Numbered from the whole stretch's first letter, positions 10,226 through 22,302 are shown. The stretch is DNA of 60,488 bases, filler included, from 9 parts of 9 records of this genome joined end to end with filler, not necessarily neighbours in it, one strand, 5' to 3'. The notes: generated by a model from the letters alone, not told the origin. A program made the numbers and translations.

Positions 10226-10391
10226 ATTTTTATTCCTATCTATTTTTTTGTACGACAAATAAGCGTCTTTGAATCTACGTTTAAATTGTCAATTTTTAAT
10301 TGTTTATGTAAGTGTGTTTAGTTAAAAGATCAACTGCTACAAATTGAAGTTTTTCCTGTTTGTTTTCTTCGCAGTTTCCTTGTTTAATTGT

Positions 10392-10420
10392 AGTATAAAA
10401 GAGTCTTGACCATTTGTCAA
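10392..10420 (-). promoter_or_regulatory. Sigma-70 promoter of the PTS operon
   Basis: TTGACA-17 nt-TATACT on the minus strand. Confidence 0.8.
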
Positions 10421-10421
10421 G

Positions 10422-10455
10422 AAAATTTTCATTTATTTTAATTTATGAAAATTTT
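10422..10455. promoter_or_regulatory. Inverted repeat, candidate RpiR operator
   Basis: AAAATTTTCAT-N12-ATGAAAATTTT directly upstream of the -35. Confidence 0.5.
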
Positions 10456-10482
10456 TTTCTTTTTTTATTATCTGTTATGTTT

Positions 10483-11323
10483 TTAGTTTTTATCCAAGAA
10501 TAATGTTGCTCCACTATTCTCCTTTGATTGCTCATATGTTTCCTTAAAATACTCCATAAATAGCACATCCATTATATAGAGTTGAGACGCTTCAATAGAA
10601 AGAGCTTGCCCCAAAAATAATCTATCTCGGGTATTACAGATTAATGTAACGTCTGATGACTCAGTTAGCGGAGATTTAACAAACCTTGTGATACATATAG
10701 TCTTTGCTTTATTTTTTTGCTATTCGAGCAAACTCAACAGTTTCTTTCGTTGAACCAGAAGCCGAAATAATGATCGCAACGTCATTTTCTGAAAGTAGCG
10801 ATGCGGCAACATATTGCATATGTGTATCATTGTTAATGCTTACTTTAGGGGTAATCCTCATAAATTTGTAGCAACCTATCAACGCAGTATGGTTTGATGT
10901 CCCTACACCAAAGAACATAATCCTATCAGCTTTAATAAGCCATTCAATGGCTTTTTCAATATCATCTTCCTTTAACATATTACCTGTTTCGGTTAAAGCT
11001 TCAATATTCTCAGCTAATATTTTTTTTGTCATTATAGCAACAGAGTCTTGTCTAGACATTATATTTTCATTTGTTTTAGAGTCGTTATCATTTATAGAAG
11101 AACTTTGGGCTAGCTCCATTTTAAAGTCCTGATACCCTTTAAAGCCCAAATCCCTACAAAACCGATAAACTGTAGCGTCAGCGATTTCACAGACTTCAGC
11201 AAGTTCGGTAATTGATTTGTATAACATGGATCTTGGATCATTTAAAATCAAATCAGCTATTTTTTTTTGAGACTTCGTAAAAGTATTGTATTGCAATCTT
11301 ACTTTTGTAAAGATATTTTCCAT
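10483..11323 (-). CDS. MurR/RpiR family regulator (HTH + SIS), frameshift at the A-run 10712-10718
   Basis: SITELAEVCEIADATVYRFCRDLGFKGYQDFK, FGVGTS, ISASGST; removing one A continues KTICITRFVKSPLTESSDVTL to a stop at 10483. Confidence 0.88.
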
Positions 11324-11809
11324 AATACCCTCCCTTATGCATATATTGTTATTTGTAAATAGATTCTATCATTTCAAAGCTTTAATAACAAGCTAAGGTT
11401 ATGCTTAAGAGCATAAAAAAGCTCTTTCCACATGATTTTCAGAACCTTATTATACATAATTAAGGGTGATCATTTTCGTAAAATAAAATATATTAGAACT
11501 TTACTTTGGTATTAAGTTTATTGAAAAAAATATTTTCATCCAGCTCTAATCTGTGTAATCAGGATGATATAATTGAGTACGTAAATTTAGATATAATAGT
11601 GCATGCATTTATTGTAATAGCTTTAAAGTGCGCAAATAAAAGCAGAAGACTGGGCTAATATTAAGCCTCTGAAACACTCTGAACATAAAAATATAACCAG
11701 AGTGTACTAACTTTTTTAAAAAAAAGAGACTCTAAGAATGAAAAAGATGTTGATTTTATAAACTTTCTAGCAAAAATTCAGATGTTAAGCTAATGCCACA
11801 AATAATTAT

Positions 11810-12610
11810 TTATATAATTTGTTCCAACAACTCTTTAAAGCGCAATGAGCTAGTCTCTTTTAAAATTCGAACTGCATTATCCCTCAAAATCAAACGTTTT
11901 GCACCACTATCAATTTTAGAGAAATATACTGCCCCAATCAAATATTCAGGAGAAAGCCACGGCCAGTCGGTACCAAATACTACTTTTTCTTCACCTGCTT
12001 TTTCGACCATTTTTTCTACTACACCGCTTAACCTTCCGGTATCACATATGTCAAGGTATGCGTTTGGATAGGCTTTAGAAACTTCTATCGCTTCGTCTAC
12101 ACAGCCCTGAATAGAATGTCCCATTAGCAATCTAATATTCGGATATCGATCTAAAACATGGACAACTTGCTTAACGTTGTTGTTTTCCCCAGTTCCCCAC
12201 GTATGTACTAAAACCAACATGTTGTTTTTATTTGCGTATTCTAATACATGTTCGTACCCCGTATCATCCAGCGGCGTTTTGTGATAGTCTGGTAATAATT
12301 TAAGGCCAGCATAAGGAAATCTAGTAAACGAATTTTCAATACGTTCTATTCTGTTCTCTAAAGAAGGATTTATCGAATAGTATCCAAATATCCGTCCGCT
12401 ATGTTTCTGCATAGCGCCTTCAATCATCTCAAATTTCTGTGGCACAGTAAACAAGTCCTCGTTTGGTGCACTCAGCGAGAATTCTATACCACCTCTATCC
12501 ATATATCCAACCATATCATCATCAGAGTATGCCGAGTAATACATGCAGTATATTCGCCCCATATGAGTATGCATATCTATAACCTTATAATCTAATCCTT
12601 CTAGCCTCAC
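11810..12610 (-). CDS. Amidohydrolase family (Amidohydro_2-type) with intact metal ligands
   Basis: IDMHTH, GLKL, VLVHT, LMGH, FGTDWP. Confidence 0.88.
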   Translation of the reverse strand: MRLEGLDYKVIDMHTHMGRIYCMYYSAYSDDDMVGYMDRGGIEFSLSAPNEDLFTVPQKFEMIEGAMQKHSGRIFGYYSINPSLENRIERIENSFTRFPYAGLKLLPDYHKTPLDDTGYEHVLEYANKNNMLVLVHTWGTGENNNVKQVVHVLDRYPNIRLLMGHSIQGCVDEAIEVSKAYPNAYLDICDTGRLSGVVEKMVEKAGEEKVVFGTDWPWLSPEYLIGAVYFSKIDSGAKRLILRDNAVRILKETSSLRFKELLEQII

Positions 12611-13392
12611 AGTCTAATCTCCTTAATTACTCGCATTATATTGTTTGACGCAATATTTTCTTTTTCTTCGTCTGAAATATTCGCCATTAATAATGCCGCT
12701 TTGGCACACCCCATACTATTAGAAGAAAAATCCGTGCCAAAAAGCAACCTCTCACTTCCAAGCTCTTTACAAGCCTTTTCGTATCCTAACACTTCTTGAA
12801 AACCGCCTGTTTCATAATAGACATTTTTATATCTGTGTATCAAGGGATATATATACCTTGAAGACGACCAGCAACCCGTATCACAAATAATGACCGTAAG
12901 TTTAGGAAACTCTCTCAATACGTCATAAATATATTCAAAGCCATTTTGTATTGATAAATATAGTGGCACTTTATAATCTTCCATTGCTTTAAGCTGTTTT
13001 CCCATCGTGACTTCATTCAGTAGATATCTATTTTGAAATGGAAATGCACGAAGAAATCTAATCCCATGCTTCAACATATTTTCAAATAGAATCTCAATAT
13101 TATAAGCCTTATCTGTAATCGAAGGAAGGATTGTCCAAGAGCCGTATAGTCTATCCTTATGATTCTCAAGCTCTTTAATCATTTGTAGGTTTCCATCATC
13201 CGGAGATAGATCATACATAGCCCTACACCAAATAACCGCCTTATCTATACCGTAATCATCCATAAATTCAATCAAATTATCTGAACTTTCAGCACATTTG
13301 GTGTACTCATTCATTGTAAAATGCTCGTGGTTGACAATTGTACGCGAATTTAAGCTTCTTCCTATTTCTGCGTTTGCATCAAAAAATAACAT
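12607..13392 (-). CDS. Amidohydrolase-fold protein with degenerate metal ligands
   Basis: FDANAEIG in place of DxHxH; retains RLLFGTDF and EEKENIASNN. Confidence 0.8.
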   Translation of the reverse strand: MLFFDANAEIGRSLNSRTIVNHEHFTMNEYTKCAESSDNLIEFMDDYGIDKAVIWCRAMYDLSPDDGNLQMIKELENHKDRLYGSWTILPSITDKAYNIEILFENMLKHGIRFLRAFPFQNRYLLNEVTMGKQLKAMEDYKVPLYLSIQNGFEYIYDVLREFPKLTVIICDTGCWSSSRYIYPLIHRYKNVYYETGGFQEVLGYEKACKELGSERLLFGTDFSSNSMGCAKAALLMANISDEEKENIASNNIMRVIKEIRL

Positions 13393-13412
13393 AGTATTAA
13401 GTCCTTATTCTG

Positions 13413-14383
13413 CTATATTGCTCGCGCAATTTTTTTATTTCGAATCAAGTCAAGTACTACTGCTAAAACAAGTACTATGCCAGTTATTACATCTTGCCAA
13501 AAGGTCTGAATATCAAGCATTGTCATACCATTATCTAATGTTCCTAAAAGTAATGCTCCAAACATTGCACCAACAATCGAACCTTTCCCACCTGACAAAC
13601 TAGCGCCACCAAGGATAACAGCCGAAATAACCTTGAATTCAATTCCTGTCCCACTTTGCGGCATTGCAGCACCAATTTGAGAACAATATATCCATGTTGC
13701 TACTCCACATACAAGCCCATTAATTACAAAAAGCATCAATATTGTTTTTTTCACATCAATACCACTTAAAAATGCCGCTTGCTCGCTTCCGCCAATTACA
13801 AAAATTCGACGTCCAAAAGCAAAGTATCTAGCTATAACTGCAAATAAAACAACCATTAATAGCATAATTATTCCCGCATGCGGGATACCAAAGGTATAAC
13901 TACGACCAACCAATTTTAAAACTTTGGATGATGCAATAGACATTGTTTTACCATCAGAAATCAAATATGCAATTCCCCTAAAAATCTGCATTCCTGCCAA
14001 AGTAGTGATAAAAGCATTAACCTTTACGTATGCAATCATTATTCCGTTATATATGCCTGTTAAAGCAGCTACCAACATACTTGCGCTTAGCGCAAACCAA
14101 ATATTACCGCCGCTTTTTAAAATTATACCAATCACAACACCAGAAAGTGCAATAATTGCTCCTATCGATAAATCTATATTCCCAGATATTATAATTAACG
14201 CCATTGTACACGCAAGCACTCCTGTTGTAGATGCATACAATGTTATATTCATAAAATTATTCCATGTAAAAAAATGTTCTGTTGAGAACCCAAAAAAATA
14301 ATCACTATAATATATGCAATAACTAAAGAAAAATAATCTAGTTTCCTAAGTTTTGTAAACGTGTTTTTCATAATACTAATCAT
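13413..14383 (-). CDS. Sugar ABC permease (RbsC-like), frameshift near 14292-14298
   Basis: SGNIDLSIG, FITTLA, FGRRIFVIGG, ISAVILGGASLSGGKG; one extra T joins the upstream ATG at 14383. Confidence 0.88.
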
Positions 14384-15874
14384 GAACAATTCCTCCTATA
14401 GCTGCAGACATTATATTTTTTTGGTTAATCTCATCTTTTGTAAGCGTCGCAATAATTGATCCTTCATGCATAACAATTACATGATCTGACATCGCCATCA
14501 ATTCTGGCATTTCAGATGTTATCATGATGATACTAATTCCTTCTTCTGCAAGTTCATTTAATATCTTATATATTTCTGTTTTCGCACCAACATCAATTCC
14601 TCTAGTTGGTTCACTCATAATTATTATTTGAGGTTTTACCTCAAGCCACTTCGCAAGTACAACTTTCTGTTGATTCCCTCCAGAAAGCGCCCCTACAAGC
14701 GTGTCTTTAGACGGTGTTTTAATAGCTAGGTTTTTAACCCATTTATTAGAAACGAGCTTCTCCAATTTTCTGCTGATGATTTTTTCATCTACGTTTTTCT
14801 CATAGTAAGGCGTCATAATATTCTCTTGAACACTTTGAATCAATACTAACCCTTCGGTTTTTCTATCACTCGGTAAAAAGCTAATGCCATTTGCTATACA
14901 TCGCCTCGGGCTATTAATGCTAACTTTCAGGCCATTAATATAGACATCACCACATGTTTTCTTTACTGCTCCAAACAGTGTTTTACCCAGTTCCAAATGT
15001 CCAGATCCCATCAGTCCATAAACACCTAAGACTTCGCCTTTTCTTAATTCAAAGGAGATATCTCGTACATACTCATTTGTAATATTACAAACTTTCATCC
15101 TAACATCATTAGGCTTGTTTGTTTTCTGAGGATACATATTTTTTATTTCGCGACCAGCCATAAACATGATAAGTTCTTGCGGATTAGTCTCGTTGATTTC
15201 TTTATTTGCAACAAGTTCTCCATCGCGCAATACAATCACTCTATCCGAAATCGAGAAAACCTCATCCATTTTATGAGAAATAAATATTGTAGCCACCCCT
15301 AATTTTTTGAGTTTCTTCACTAATGATAAAAGCGATTCAGTCTCTTGATCGTTAAGTGCTGATGTTGGCTCATCCAATATCAATATCTTTGCATCTTCAT
15401 ACATAGCACGCGCTATTTCAATCTGTTGTTTTTCTGCAACAGAGCATGTTTTTATTTTCTTTTCGGTGTCAATTTTTAAACCAACAGCTTCTAGTGCTAA
15501 TTTCGCTGATTCATTTATTTTTTTCCAAGAAACGGTAATATTTGATGATAGACCGTATTGATTCGAAAATAGGTTTTCAGCTACTGTTAGCTCTGGTATA
15601 AATGTTAGCTCTTGATACACAACACTTACTCCCTTTTTCTTTGCATCAATCGGACTGGTTAACTTTGTTTGCTCTTCGTTTATTCTAATCTCTCCACTAT
15701 CAGGAAACTGTGCTCCAGCAAGTATCTTTATTAAAGTTGATTTGCCAGCTCCATTCTCTCCTACAATAGAAAGCACTTCACCTTGATACAAATCAATAGA
15801 AATACCAGACAAAGCCTTAACGCCTGGAAATTCTTTCGAAATATCTTTTGTTTCTAAAACAACTTTCTTTCCCA
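14376..15874 (-). CDS. Sugar ABC ATP-binding protein (RbsA/MglA type, two NBDs)
   Basis: GENGAGKST, LDEPT, LSGGNQQKV, EPTRGIDVGAK; frame continues to the contig edge (GKKVVLETKDISKEFPGVKAL). Confidence 0.95.
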
Positions 15875-16067
15875 NNNNNNNNNNNNNNNNNNNNNNNNNN
15901 NNNNNNNNNNNNNNNNNNTTAATTAATTAANNNNNNNNNNNNNNNNNNNNNNNNNNNNNNNNNNNNNNNNNNNNAGTTCATGGAGGTTTTGTGTAGTTTT
16001 TATGTAGTTTCTTGTATTTCGTGTGTTGTTACTTGATGAATTTACGATTTCCCATAATATTAAGGTT

Positions 16068-16781
16068 ATGAAATTGATATACATAGTCGAAGACAACGAA
16101 ACAATTCTTGATGGAATAACCAGCTATCTGCAGCTTTCAGGATTTTCTGTTAAAGGATTCCCTAATCTGACATTAGCGGAAAAAGCATTGCAGACAAGCA
16201 GTCCGGACTTAATGCTGCTTGATGTTATGCTGCCGGATGGAGACGGTTTTTCATTGGCACGAAAAGTACGGAAAAATCAGGATTTCCCGATCGTTTTCCT
16301 TACAGCCCGCAATTCTGAATCAGATCGAATACTTGGATTTGAGCTGGGTGCCGATGATTATATAGTTAAACCTTTTTCCCCTAAGGAACTAGTTATGCGA
16401 ATTCATGCTATCCTTAAGCGGACCAAAACAATTAATGAGAGTGTGGCAGATTCAGAAAATACAAAATGGAAAATGAATGAAGATATCCTCGTATGCGATC
16501 AGAAACGCCATATTATCCATATAAATAAACAGCAGGTTCAGTTGACGGCTGCTGAATGGAGGATTCTTACCTACCTCCTCAATAATAATGAAATAGTTAT
16601 TTCACGAGAACAAATTCTGGAGCATTGCCTGGAGTACGCTTTTGACGTTTCAGACAGAATTATTGATACACACATAAAGAATATTCGGGCAAAACTTATG
16701 TCCTCCATGTGGATAAAGACAATAAGAGGTTATGGATATCAATTCTCCGCAGAAAAATTTGAGGGAGAAAGTTCGCTATGA
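16068..16781 (+). CDS. OmpR/PhoB-family response regulator
   Basis: IVED, LLDVMLPDGDG, LTAR, GADDYIVKPF, winged helix DTHIKNIRAKL..KTIRGYGY. Confidence 0.95.
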   Translation: MKLIYIVEDNETILDGITSYLQLSGFSVKGFPNLTLAEKALQTSSPDLMLLDVMLPDGDGFSLARKVRKNQDFPIVFLTARNSESDRILGFELGADDYIVKPFSPKELVMRIHAILKRTKTINESVADSENTKWKMNEDILVCDQKRHIIHINKQQVQLTAAEWRILTYLLNNNEIVISREQILEHCLEYAFDVSDRIIDTHIKNIRAKLMSSMWIKTIRGYGYQFSAEKFEGESSL

Positions 16782-18178
16782 GAACGCTGTTTAACAAATT
16801 CCTAGGTGTCATGCTGCTGCTCACTGCGACAATCCTTATCACTCAGACCGCAATAAATTACGCGAATCAGATTATCTCCACATCAACCTGGCATGAAAAA
16901 ACTGCTGATGAGTATTACAATCTGTTTACTGAAAGACTGCAGGAAACAGTTGATTTTATTAAGGACGGGGATTCCTTTAATCTGCAAACTTTAGTTGAAG
17001 AGTCTTTCATCGACAACAGAGTTCAATCCGTTACTATAACTGCACCTGATGGGACAGTTCTGGCTTCGGCACAAGATAAAAATATACATAACCAGGAATA
17101 TGAAATTGAACCTGACAATAAACCAATCTTTTCATTCACAACATTTTCATCATGGGAAACAATATACCAGATATCTCTCAACAACACGAATTTGGGAACT
17201 ATGACACTACTGACTCTGGGACCTTCCCGATACAACCTGACACAGGAGTTTTTCAGCAAGAGTATAAATACATTTCTCATTTCCATCCCGGTTTCTTTCA
17301 TTATTGCACTCATTCTTTCATATGTATTTTCCCGCAGAATGGCAATTATACCGATAAAGCTCTCCAAGGAGCTGAACCAGCTGGCAAAAGGTGATAGAGA
17401 TATCGATTTCTCCACAAGCACCGTAAAAGAGTACAACCTAATATCCGAGTCGGCTAAAGGCTTACAAAAAGAGCTGCTGCGAAATCAGCGCAGCAGGTCT
17501 GAACTGCTCTCAAATCTTGGACATGATCTGCGAACACCTGTTACGGCAATGAAAGTTCTGGTTGACGGTACAATTGAAGGTGTTTTCCCTCTAGATCTGG
17601 AAATATTCAGGAAAATCAACAAACAGCTGACTGATTTACAGCATAAAAGTGATGCCTTTCTGCGGATATTTGAATTGGAATCAATAGAATTCAAGTTGGA
17701 TTATGCTGAATGTGATATCCTTAGCCTGTTGAATGAGTGCGTCAGTATACATCATGATCAGATTGAAGCCGGGAATATGAGCATACAACTAACTCAAGTT
17801 GAAAAGACATCCGATTTTATCATTCAAGCTGATCGATCCCTATTGAAAATAGTAATCAATAACCTGATCACCAATATGATTCAATTTTCTCCGGCAGGCA
17901 GTAATGGTGTTATATCTCTTAACAGACAAACCGATGAAAACATTCAGTTGACATTTGAGAATCCCGGAAAAATTGATGGTTTAAATCCAGATGCTCTCTT
18001 TGATCATGCCACTAAAGACAGTTATGCTCGATCAACTCCGGGCGCCGGGCTGGGTCTTACAATTGCACGGGAAGTAGTAACAAAACATGCCGGAACTATT
18101 GAAATAGCAAATAATGAGGTGAATGATGCGGCTTTGGTACAGGTAGTCGTAACGTTACCGATAGCTCCTGCCTCTTAA
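16778..18178 (+). CDS. HAMP-containing sensor histidine kinase
   Basis: Two TM helices, H-box GHDLRTP, N-box NNLITN, GAGLGL; ATGA coupling to the response regulator. Confidence 0.92.
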   Translation: MRTLFNKFLGVMLLLTATILITQTAINYANQIISTSTWHEKTADEYYNLFTERLQETVDFIKDGDSFNLQTLVEESFIDNRVQSVTITAPDGTVLASAQDKNIHNQEYEIEPDNKPIFSFTTFSSWETIYQISLNNTNLGTMTLLTLGPSRYNLTQEFFSKSINTFLISIPVSFIIALILSYVFSRRMAIIPIKLSKELNQLAKGDRDIDFSTSTVKEYNLISESAKGLQKELLRNQRSRSELLSNLGHDLRTPVTAMKVLVDGTIEGVFPLDLEIFRKINKQLTDLQHKSDAFLRIFELESIEFKLDYAECDILSLLNECVSIHHDQIEAGNMSIQLTQVEKTSDFIIQADRSLLKIVINNLITNMIQFSPAGSNGVISLNRQTDENIQLTFENPGKIDGLNPDALFDHATKDSYARSTPGAGLGLTIAREVVTKHAGTIEIANNEVNDAALVQVVVTLPIAPAS

Positions 18179-18780
18179 TGAGTCAGACTTTTATGTATAC
18201 GAATTCCAAGAAATTGAGATAGTATCTGGGCTGTGTTCTCAAGTTCATCTGGATAGGTGCTTTCCTGCAGCATAATCTTCTTTTCCGCAGTTTCTACAGA
18301 CAATTGGTATAAATTGGCCCGGCTCCCAAACAAACCGTTCTTTCTTGCATTTTCTACCGTTTTACCGGTAAGATCGTATTCCTTACCCTGATTTTGCCTG
18401 GTTTTGCCTGATCGCATCAACTGTATCTGCAAAAAACTAATTGTTGAAATTTCTGAAAGATTCGCAAGTTGCTGGATCGGTGAAACGGGGAAAATAAGAA
18501 ATTTTCTCTGCAGTGTAAGATTACCTTTATGTTTATCAAACAGCATTATCCGGTCATATCCGGCAGAACCGATCGCCCCCGCAAGCAGCAGAAAAATAAA
18601 AATTGTACCTGTCAACCTGCTTCCTGAAAAATCGGTATCTCCATCAAACCCTACAATCGTGGTGATCAGAAGCAGCAGAGCGACCACACCAAATATAATC
18701 CTCCTGCGGGAGGAGGTTGTTATGGCCACTGCCTCCTGGCTGATGATTCTGATTGTCGAAGTCGATTTAAATGGTATCAT
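18175..18780 (-). CDS. Hypothetical membrane protein
   Basis: 201-aa ORF with two N-terminal TM segments, downstream of the oppF-like gene. Confidence 0.6.
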   Translation of the reverse strand: MIPFKSTSTIRIISQEAVAITTSSRRRIIFGVVALLLLITTIVGFDGDTDFSGSRLTGTIFIFLLLAGAIGSAGYDRIMLFDKHKGNLTLQRKFLIFPVSPIQQLANLSEISTISFLQIQLMRSGKTRQNQGKEYDLTGKTVENARKNGLFGSRANLYQLSVETAEKKIMLQESTYPDELENTAQILSQFLGIRIHKSLTH

Positions 18781-18830
18781 TCGACACCCTCATACGTTAG
18801 ATACTGTTCAGGTAGTAACATTTCCTTGAG

Positions 18831-19994
18831 CTATTTTGCCTTTCCCAGAGGATTGAAGCAGGCATAGTAATGATCATCACCCGTACCGTCTGTAAACTCA
18901 GGTCTTTTCTCCGAACAGATTTTTGTTGCCTTAGGGCAACGTGGATGAAATGTACATCCCGAAGGGGAATTTACAGGTGATGGCACATCTCCCTTCAATT
19001 CAGTTCCCTTGAATGGCACTTCCGGATCCGCTACAGGTACAGAACCAAGCAGTGAATCGGTATATGGGTGCTGGGGGGATGAATAGACTTTTTCGGCATC
19101 GGCCAGTTCGGCCATTCTTCCCAGATACATAACACCAACCTTGTCGGAGATATACTGCACAACACTCAGATCATGTGCGATAAAAACATAGGTAAGGTTC
19201 AGCTCTTCCTGCAGATCAATCAGCAGATTCAGAACCTGAGCCTGAATTGAAACGTCCAGAGCTGATACCGGTTCATCACAGATAATCAGTGATGGATCCA
19301 GAGCGAGAGCACGTGCAATACCGATCCTCTGGCGCTGACCTCCCGAAAACTCATGGGGATAGCGTCTTTCCGCGTTACTGGGTAGTCCTACAATTTCTAA
19401 AAGCTTTCTTACTCGCTTATCAATCTCTTTGGAGTTCCAGATCTTGAATTCCATCGGACCTTCCGCGATCAGATCTCTGACCAGCATCCTCGGGTTCAAT
19501 GATGCCCATGGATCCTGAAATACCATCTGGATATGTCTGCGGTTTCGTTTCAGAATATCCTTCGGCATTGAAAGAATATCGTAATCAGCAGCCAGAATAT
19601 CGGCTTCCCGCTTTAAAGAACGGATATTCGCTGATAACGCTTTAATCTCGCTTTTCACACTGCCAGATGCTGCGGTGATATCCAATTCTAGTTCAGCTCT
19701 CTTTAATTCAAGTTTTTCCCGTTCGGCATCAATTTCCAGTATCGGCAGAATTTTCTCTTCCACCGGGTTGATAAAAACACGACCACCGTCCGGTTCATAC
19801 AGGCGAATAATCAATCTGCCCAATGTGGTTTTACCACATCCCGACTCACCTACAAGTCCAAGAGTCTCACCTTTTTTCAGATCAAAGGAGACACCGTCAA
19901 CTGCTTTCAGCATCAGCTTCTTGCTTGAAAACGCGCTCGCTTTTACCTGAAATATCTTTGTCGCTTTATGCACTTTCAATAATAGGTCGTCCAT
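18831..19994 (-). CDS. Oligopeptide/dipeptide ABC ATPase (OppF/DppF-like)
   Basis: [27 protein letters not shown]-terminal GCTFHPRC. Confidence 0.93.
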   Translation of the reverse strand: MDDLLLKVHKATKIFQVKASAFSSKKLMLKAVDGVSFDLKKGETLGLVGESGCGKTTLGRLIIRLYEPDGGRVFINPVEEKILPILEIDAEREKLELKRAELELDITAASGSVKSEIKALSANIRSLKREADILAADYDILSMPKDILKRNRRHIQMVFQDPWASLNPRMLVRDLIAEGPMEFKIWNSKEIDKRVRKLLEIVGLPSNAERRYPHEFSGGQRQRIGIARALALDPSLIICDEPVSALDVSIQAQVLNLLIDLQEELNLTYVFIAHDLSVVQYISDKVGVMYLGRMAELADAEKVYSSPQHPYTDSLLGSVPVADPEVPFKGTELKGDVPSPVNSPSGCTFHPRCPKATKICSEKRPEFTDGTGDDHYYACFNPLGKAK

Positions 19995-19996
19995 TT

Positions 19997-21070
19997 TTAT
20001 CCTCTTCTCCTGCGAGCAGTAAGTCCCTTATGCTTCTTCTCAGCCATATATTTAGCAGCTAGGTCTATTTCTTCCCGTACTTCATCATGATAGAGAAAAC
20101 AGCGCACTTTATGATCCTTCTCTACCTCAACCAGCTGCGGCTCTACTTCGAGACATTTCGGCATAACCTTGCTGCAGCGCGGCGCGAATCTACATCCTTT
20201 GGGGAAATTTGCATGATCGGGAAGATTTCCCAGGATTGTGTTCAGCTTCCTGCGGGTACCATCGGCATGTGCTTTCCCTTCACCCAGAACTGGTATTGAT
20301 GTCAGCAATCCCTGTGAGTAGGGATGCATCGGTTTCTTGAAAATGGATTTTACATCGGTACTTTCAACCGATATTCCGGCGTACATAACCATTACCCGGT
20401 CAGTAAATCCGGCAATAACCGCTAGGTCGTGCGTGATAAATATGATGGAAGTCTCATGCTTGTGCTTCAGATCTCCCATAAGACGCAGAATCTGAGCCTG
20501 GATGGTTACATCCAGTGCTGTTGTCGGTTCATCGGCTATCAGGACCGACGGTTCGCAGGCCATTGCCATGGCTATCATTCCGCGTTGCCGCAGACCGCCT
20601 GAAAGCTGAAATGGATACTCATCGACACGTTCATCCGGGTCGGACATTCCAACCATTTCCAGCAGCCGGATACTCTCTTGCCGCGCTTCCTCTTCAGTCA
20701 TATCTCTATGCAGCATCAGAACTTCAGATATTTGATTACCCAATGTATAGAGCGGATTCAAACTGGTCATAGGTTCCTGAAATATCATCGATATACTGTT
20801 TCCCCGAATCTTCCGCATATCCTGCTCGGGCAGTTTCAGAAGATCGGTTCCGTTAAAAAAAATCTCACCCGTCTCAATTTTCCCCGGAGGAGTCTGAACC
20901 AACCGCATAATTGACATGGATGTCTGTGATTTTCCGCAGCCGGATTCACCTACAATCCCAAGAATCTCGCCTTTATCCAGGGTAAAATCCAGGCCGTCAA
21001 CGGCCCGTACTATATGTGTATGATGATAATAAAATGTTCGTAAGTCCTTTACTTCTAAAAGGTGACTCAT
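19997..21070 (-). CDS. Oligopeptide/dipeptide ABC ATPase (OppD/DppD-like)
   Basis: [42 protein letters not shown]. Confidence 0.94.
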   Translation of the reverse strand: MSHLLEVKDLRTFYYHHTHIVRAVDGLDFTLDKGEILGIVGESGCGKSQTSMSIMRLVQTPPGKIETGEIFFNGTDLLKLPEQDMRKIRGNSISMIFQEPMTSLNPLYTLGNQISEVLMLHRDMTEEEARQESIRLLEMVGMSDPDERVDEYPFQLSGGLRQRGMIAMAMACEPSVLIADEPTTALDVTIQAQILRLMGDLKHKHETSIIFITHDLAVIAGFTDRVMVMYAGISVESTDVKSIFKKPMHPYSQGLLTSIPVLGEGKAHADGTRRKLNTILGNLPDHANFPKGCRFAPRCSKVMPKCLEVEPQLVEVEKDHKVRCFLYHDEVREEIDLAAKYMAEKKHKGLTARRRRG

Positions 21071-21116
21071 AATATATATTCTCCCTTATCGGCAGCTGTT
21101 ATACGCATGTATTTGA

Positions 21117-22202
21117 TTAATGCTTACTCTTTGGATCCACCGCATCCCTGATTCCATCACCAAAAAAGTTCCAAGCCATGATAGCGATGAAAATTGCGAA
21201 TCCAGGTACCAGCAGCCAGGGTGCGTTCTGCACTGTACCGTAGTTTTTAGCCGCGGCAAGCATTAGACCCCAAGAAGACTGCGGCTCCATAATTCCTAAA
21301 CCAAGCAAACTCAAGGCCGATTCACCAAGTATATAACCGGGTACGGTCAGTGTTGCCTGAATGATGACAAATGAAAGTGTATTCGGCAGAATATGCCTGC
21401 TGATAATTTTCCAGTTTGATAATCCCATAGTCCGGGCACTGAGTACAAAATCCTCATTCTTGAGCGATAGAACAAGACCACGAATAATACGTGCAAGCCC
21501 AGCCCATCCGATAAATGAAAGAATGATGATGATCAGCATATATACCTGGCTGGATGTCAGACTGGATGGAAATGTCGCACGCAGCGCGAACAACAGATAA
21601 ATTGATGGGAATGCCATCACAACCTCGCCGAAACGCATCAGTAAAACATCGATTCGACCTCCAAAAAATCCCGCTATACCACCGATTGTCAATCCAAGTA
21701 TAAAAGTCAACATGGCACCTACAATACCTACTGTCAATGAAATTCGGGCCCCATGCAGCATTCTGGAGAGAATGTCTCTTCCGTGCTGGTCAGCACCCCA
21801 GAAATAGATACCTCCCGTTTTCGATCCGATAAAATGCCGGTTTGTCCTGAACAGGTTCAGGAATTCATAGGGAACTCCTTTATCGAAGAACTTCAAGAAA
21901 TTTTTGTTACCCTTGACCAGATAGAGTGTCAGTTCCTGCATCTCGCCTTCCACAAGAAATTCTCCCATGGAAAACTCAACCAGTTCATCTTTTACCGTCG
22001 AGTTTTCGAGTTCCCACAACACCGTTTCCAGGCGCTGCAGTGCCTCATGATCCTCATCAATACGATAATGTTTACGGACATTATCAATGGTCTCTTCAAT
22101 TCGTACAGTCGGGTCAGAATCGTATGTTATCGATCGCAGCTCACGTTTTTCCAGCAGAATTTCCTGAGAAATTGCCCTGATGGTATAACTCGGTACAATT
22201 TT
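21117..22202 (-). CDS. Oligopeptide ABC permease (OppC/DppC-like), 5' truncated
   Basis: GADQHGRDILSR, EDFVLSARTMG, RHILPN, GDGIRDAVDP. Confidence 0.92.
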   Translation of the reverse strand, partial: KIVPSYTIRAISQEILLEKRELRSITYDSDPTVRIEETIDNVRKHYRIDEDHEALQRLETVLWELENSTVKDELVEFSMGEFLVEGEMQELTLYLVKGNKNFLKFFDKGVPYEFLNLFRTNRHFIGSKTGGIYFWGADQHGRDILSRMLHGARISLTVGIVGAMLTFILGLTIGGIAGFFGGRIDVLLMRFGEVVMAFPSIYLLFALRATFPSSLTSSQVYMLIIIILSFIGWAGLARIIRGLVLSLKNEDFVLSARTMGLSNWKIISRHILPNTLSFVIIQATLTVPGYILGESALSLLGLGIMEPQSSWGLMLAAAKNYGTVQNAPWLLVPGFAIFIAIMAWNFFGDGIRDAVDPKSKH

Positions 22203-22302
22203 NNNNNNNNNNNNNNNNNNNNNNNNNNNNNNNNNNNNNNNNNNNNTTAATTAATTAANNNNNNNNNNNNNNNNNNNNNNNNNNNNNNNNNNNNNNNNNN
22301 NN

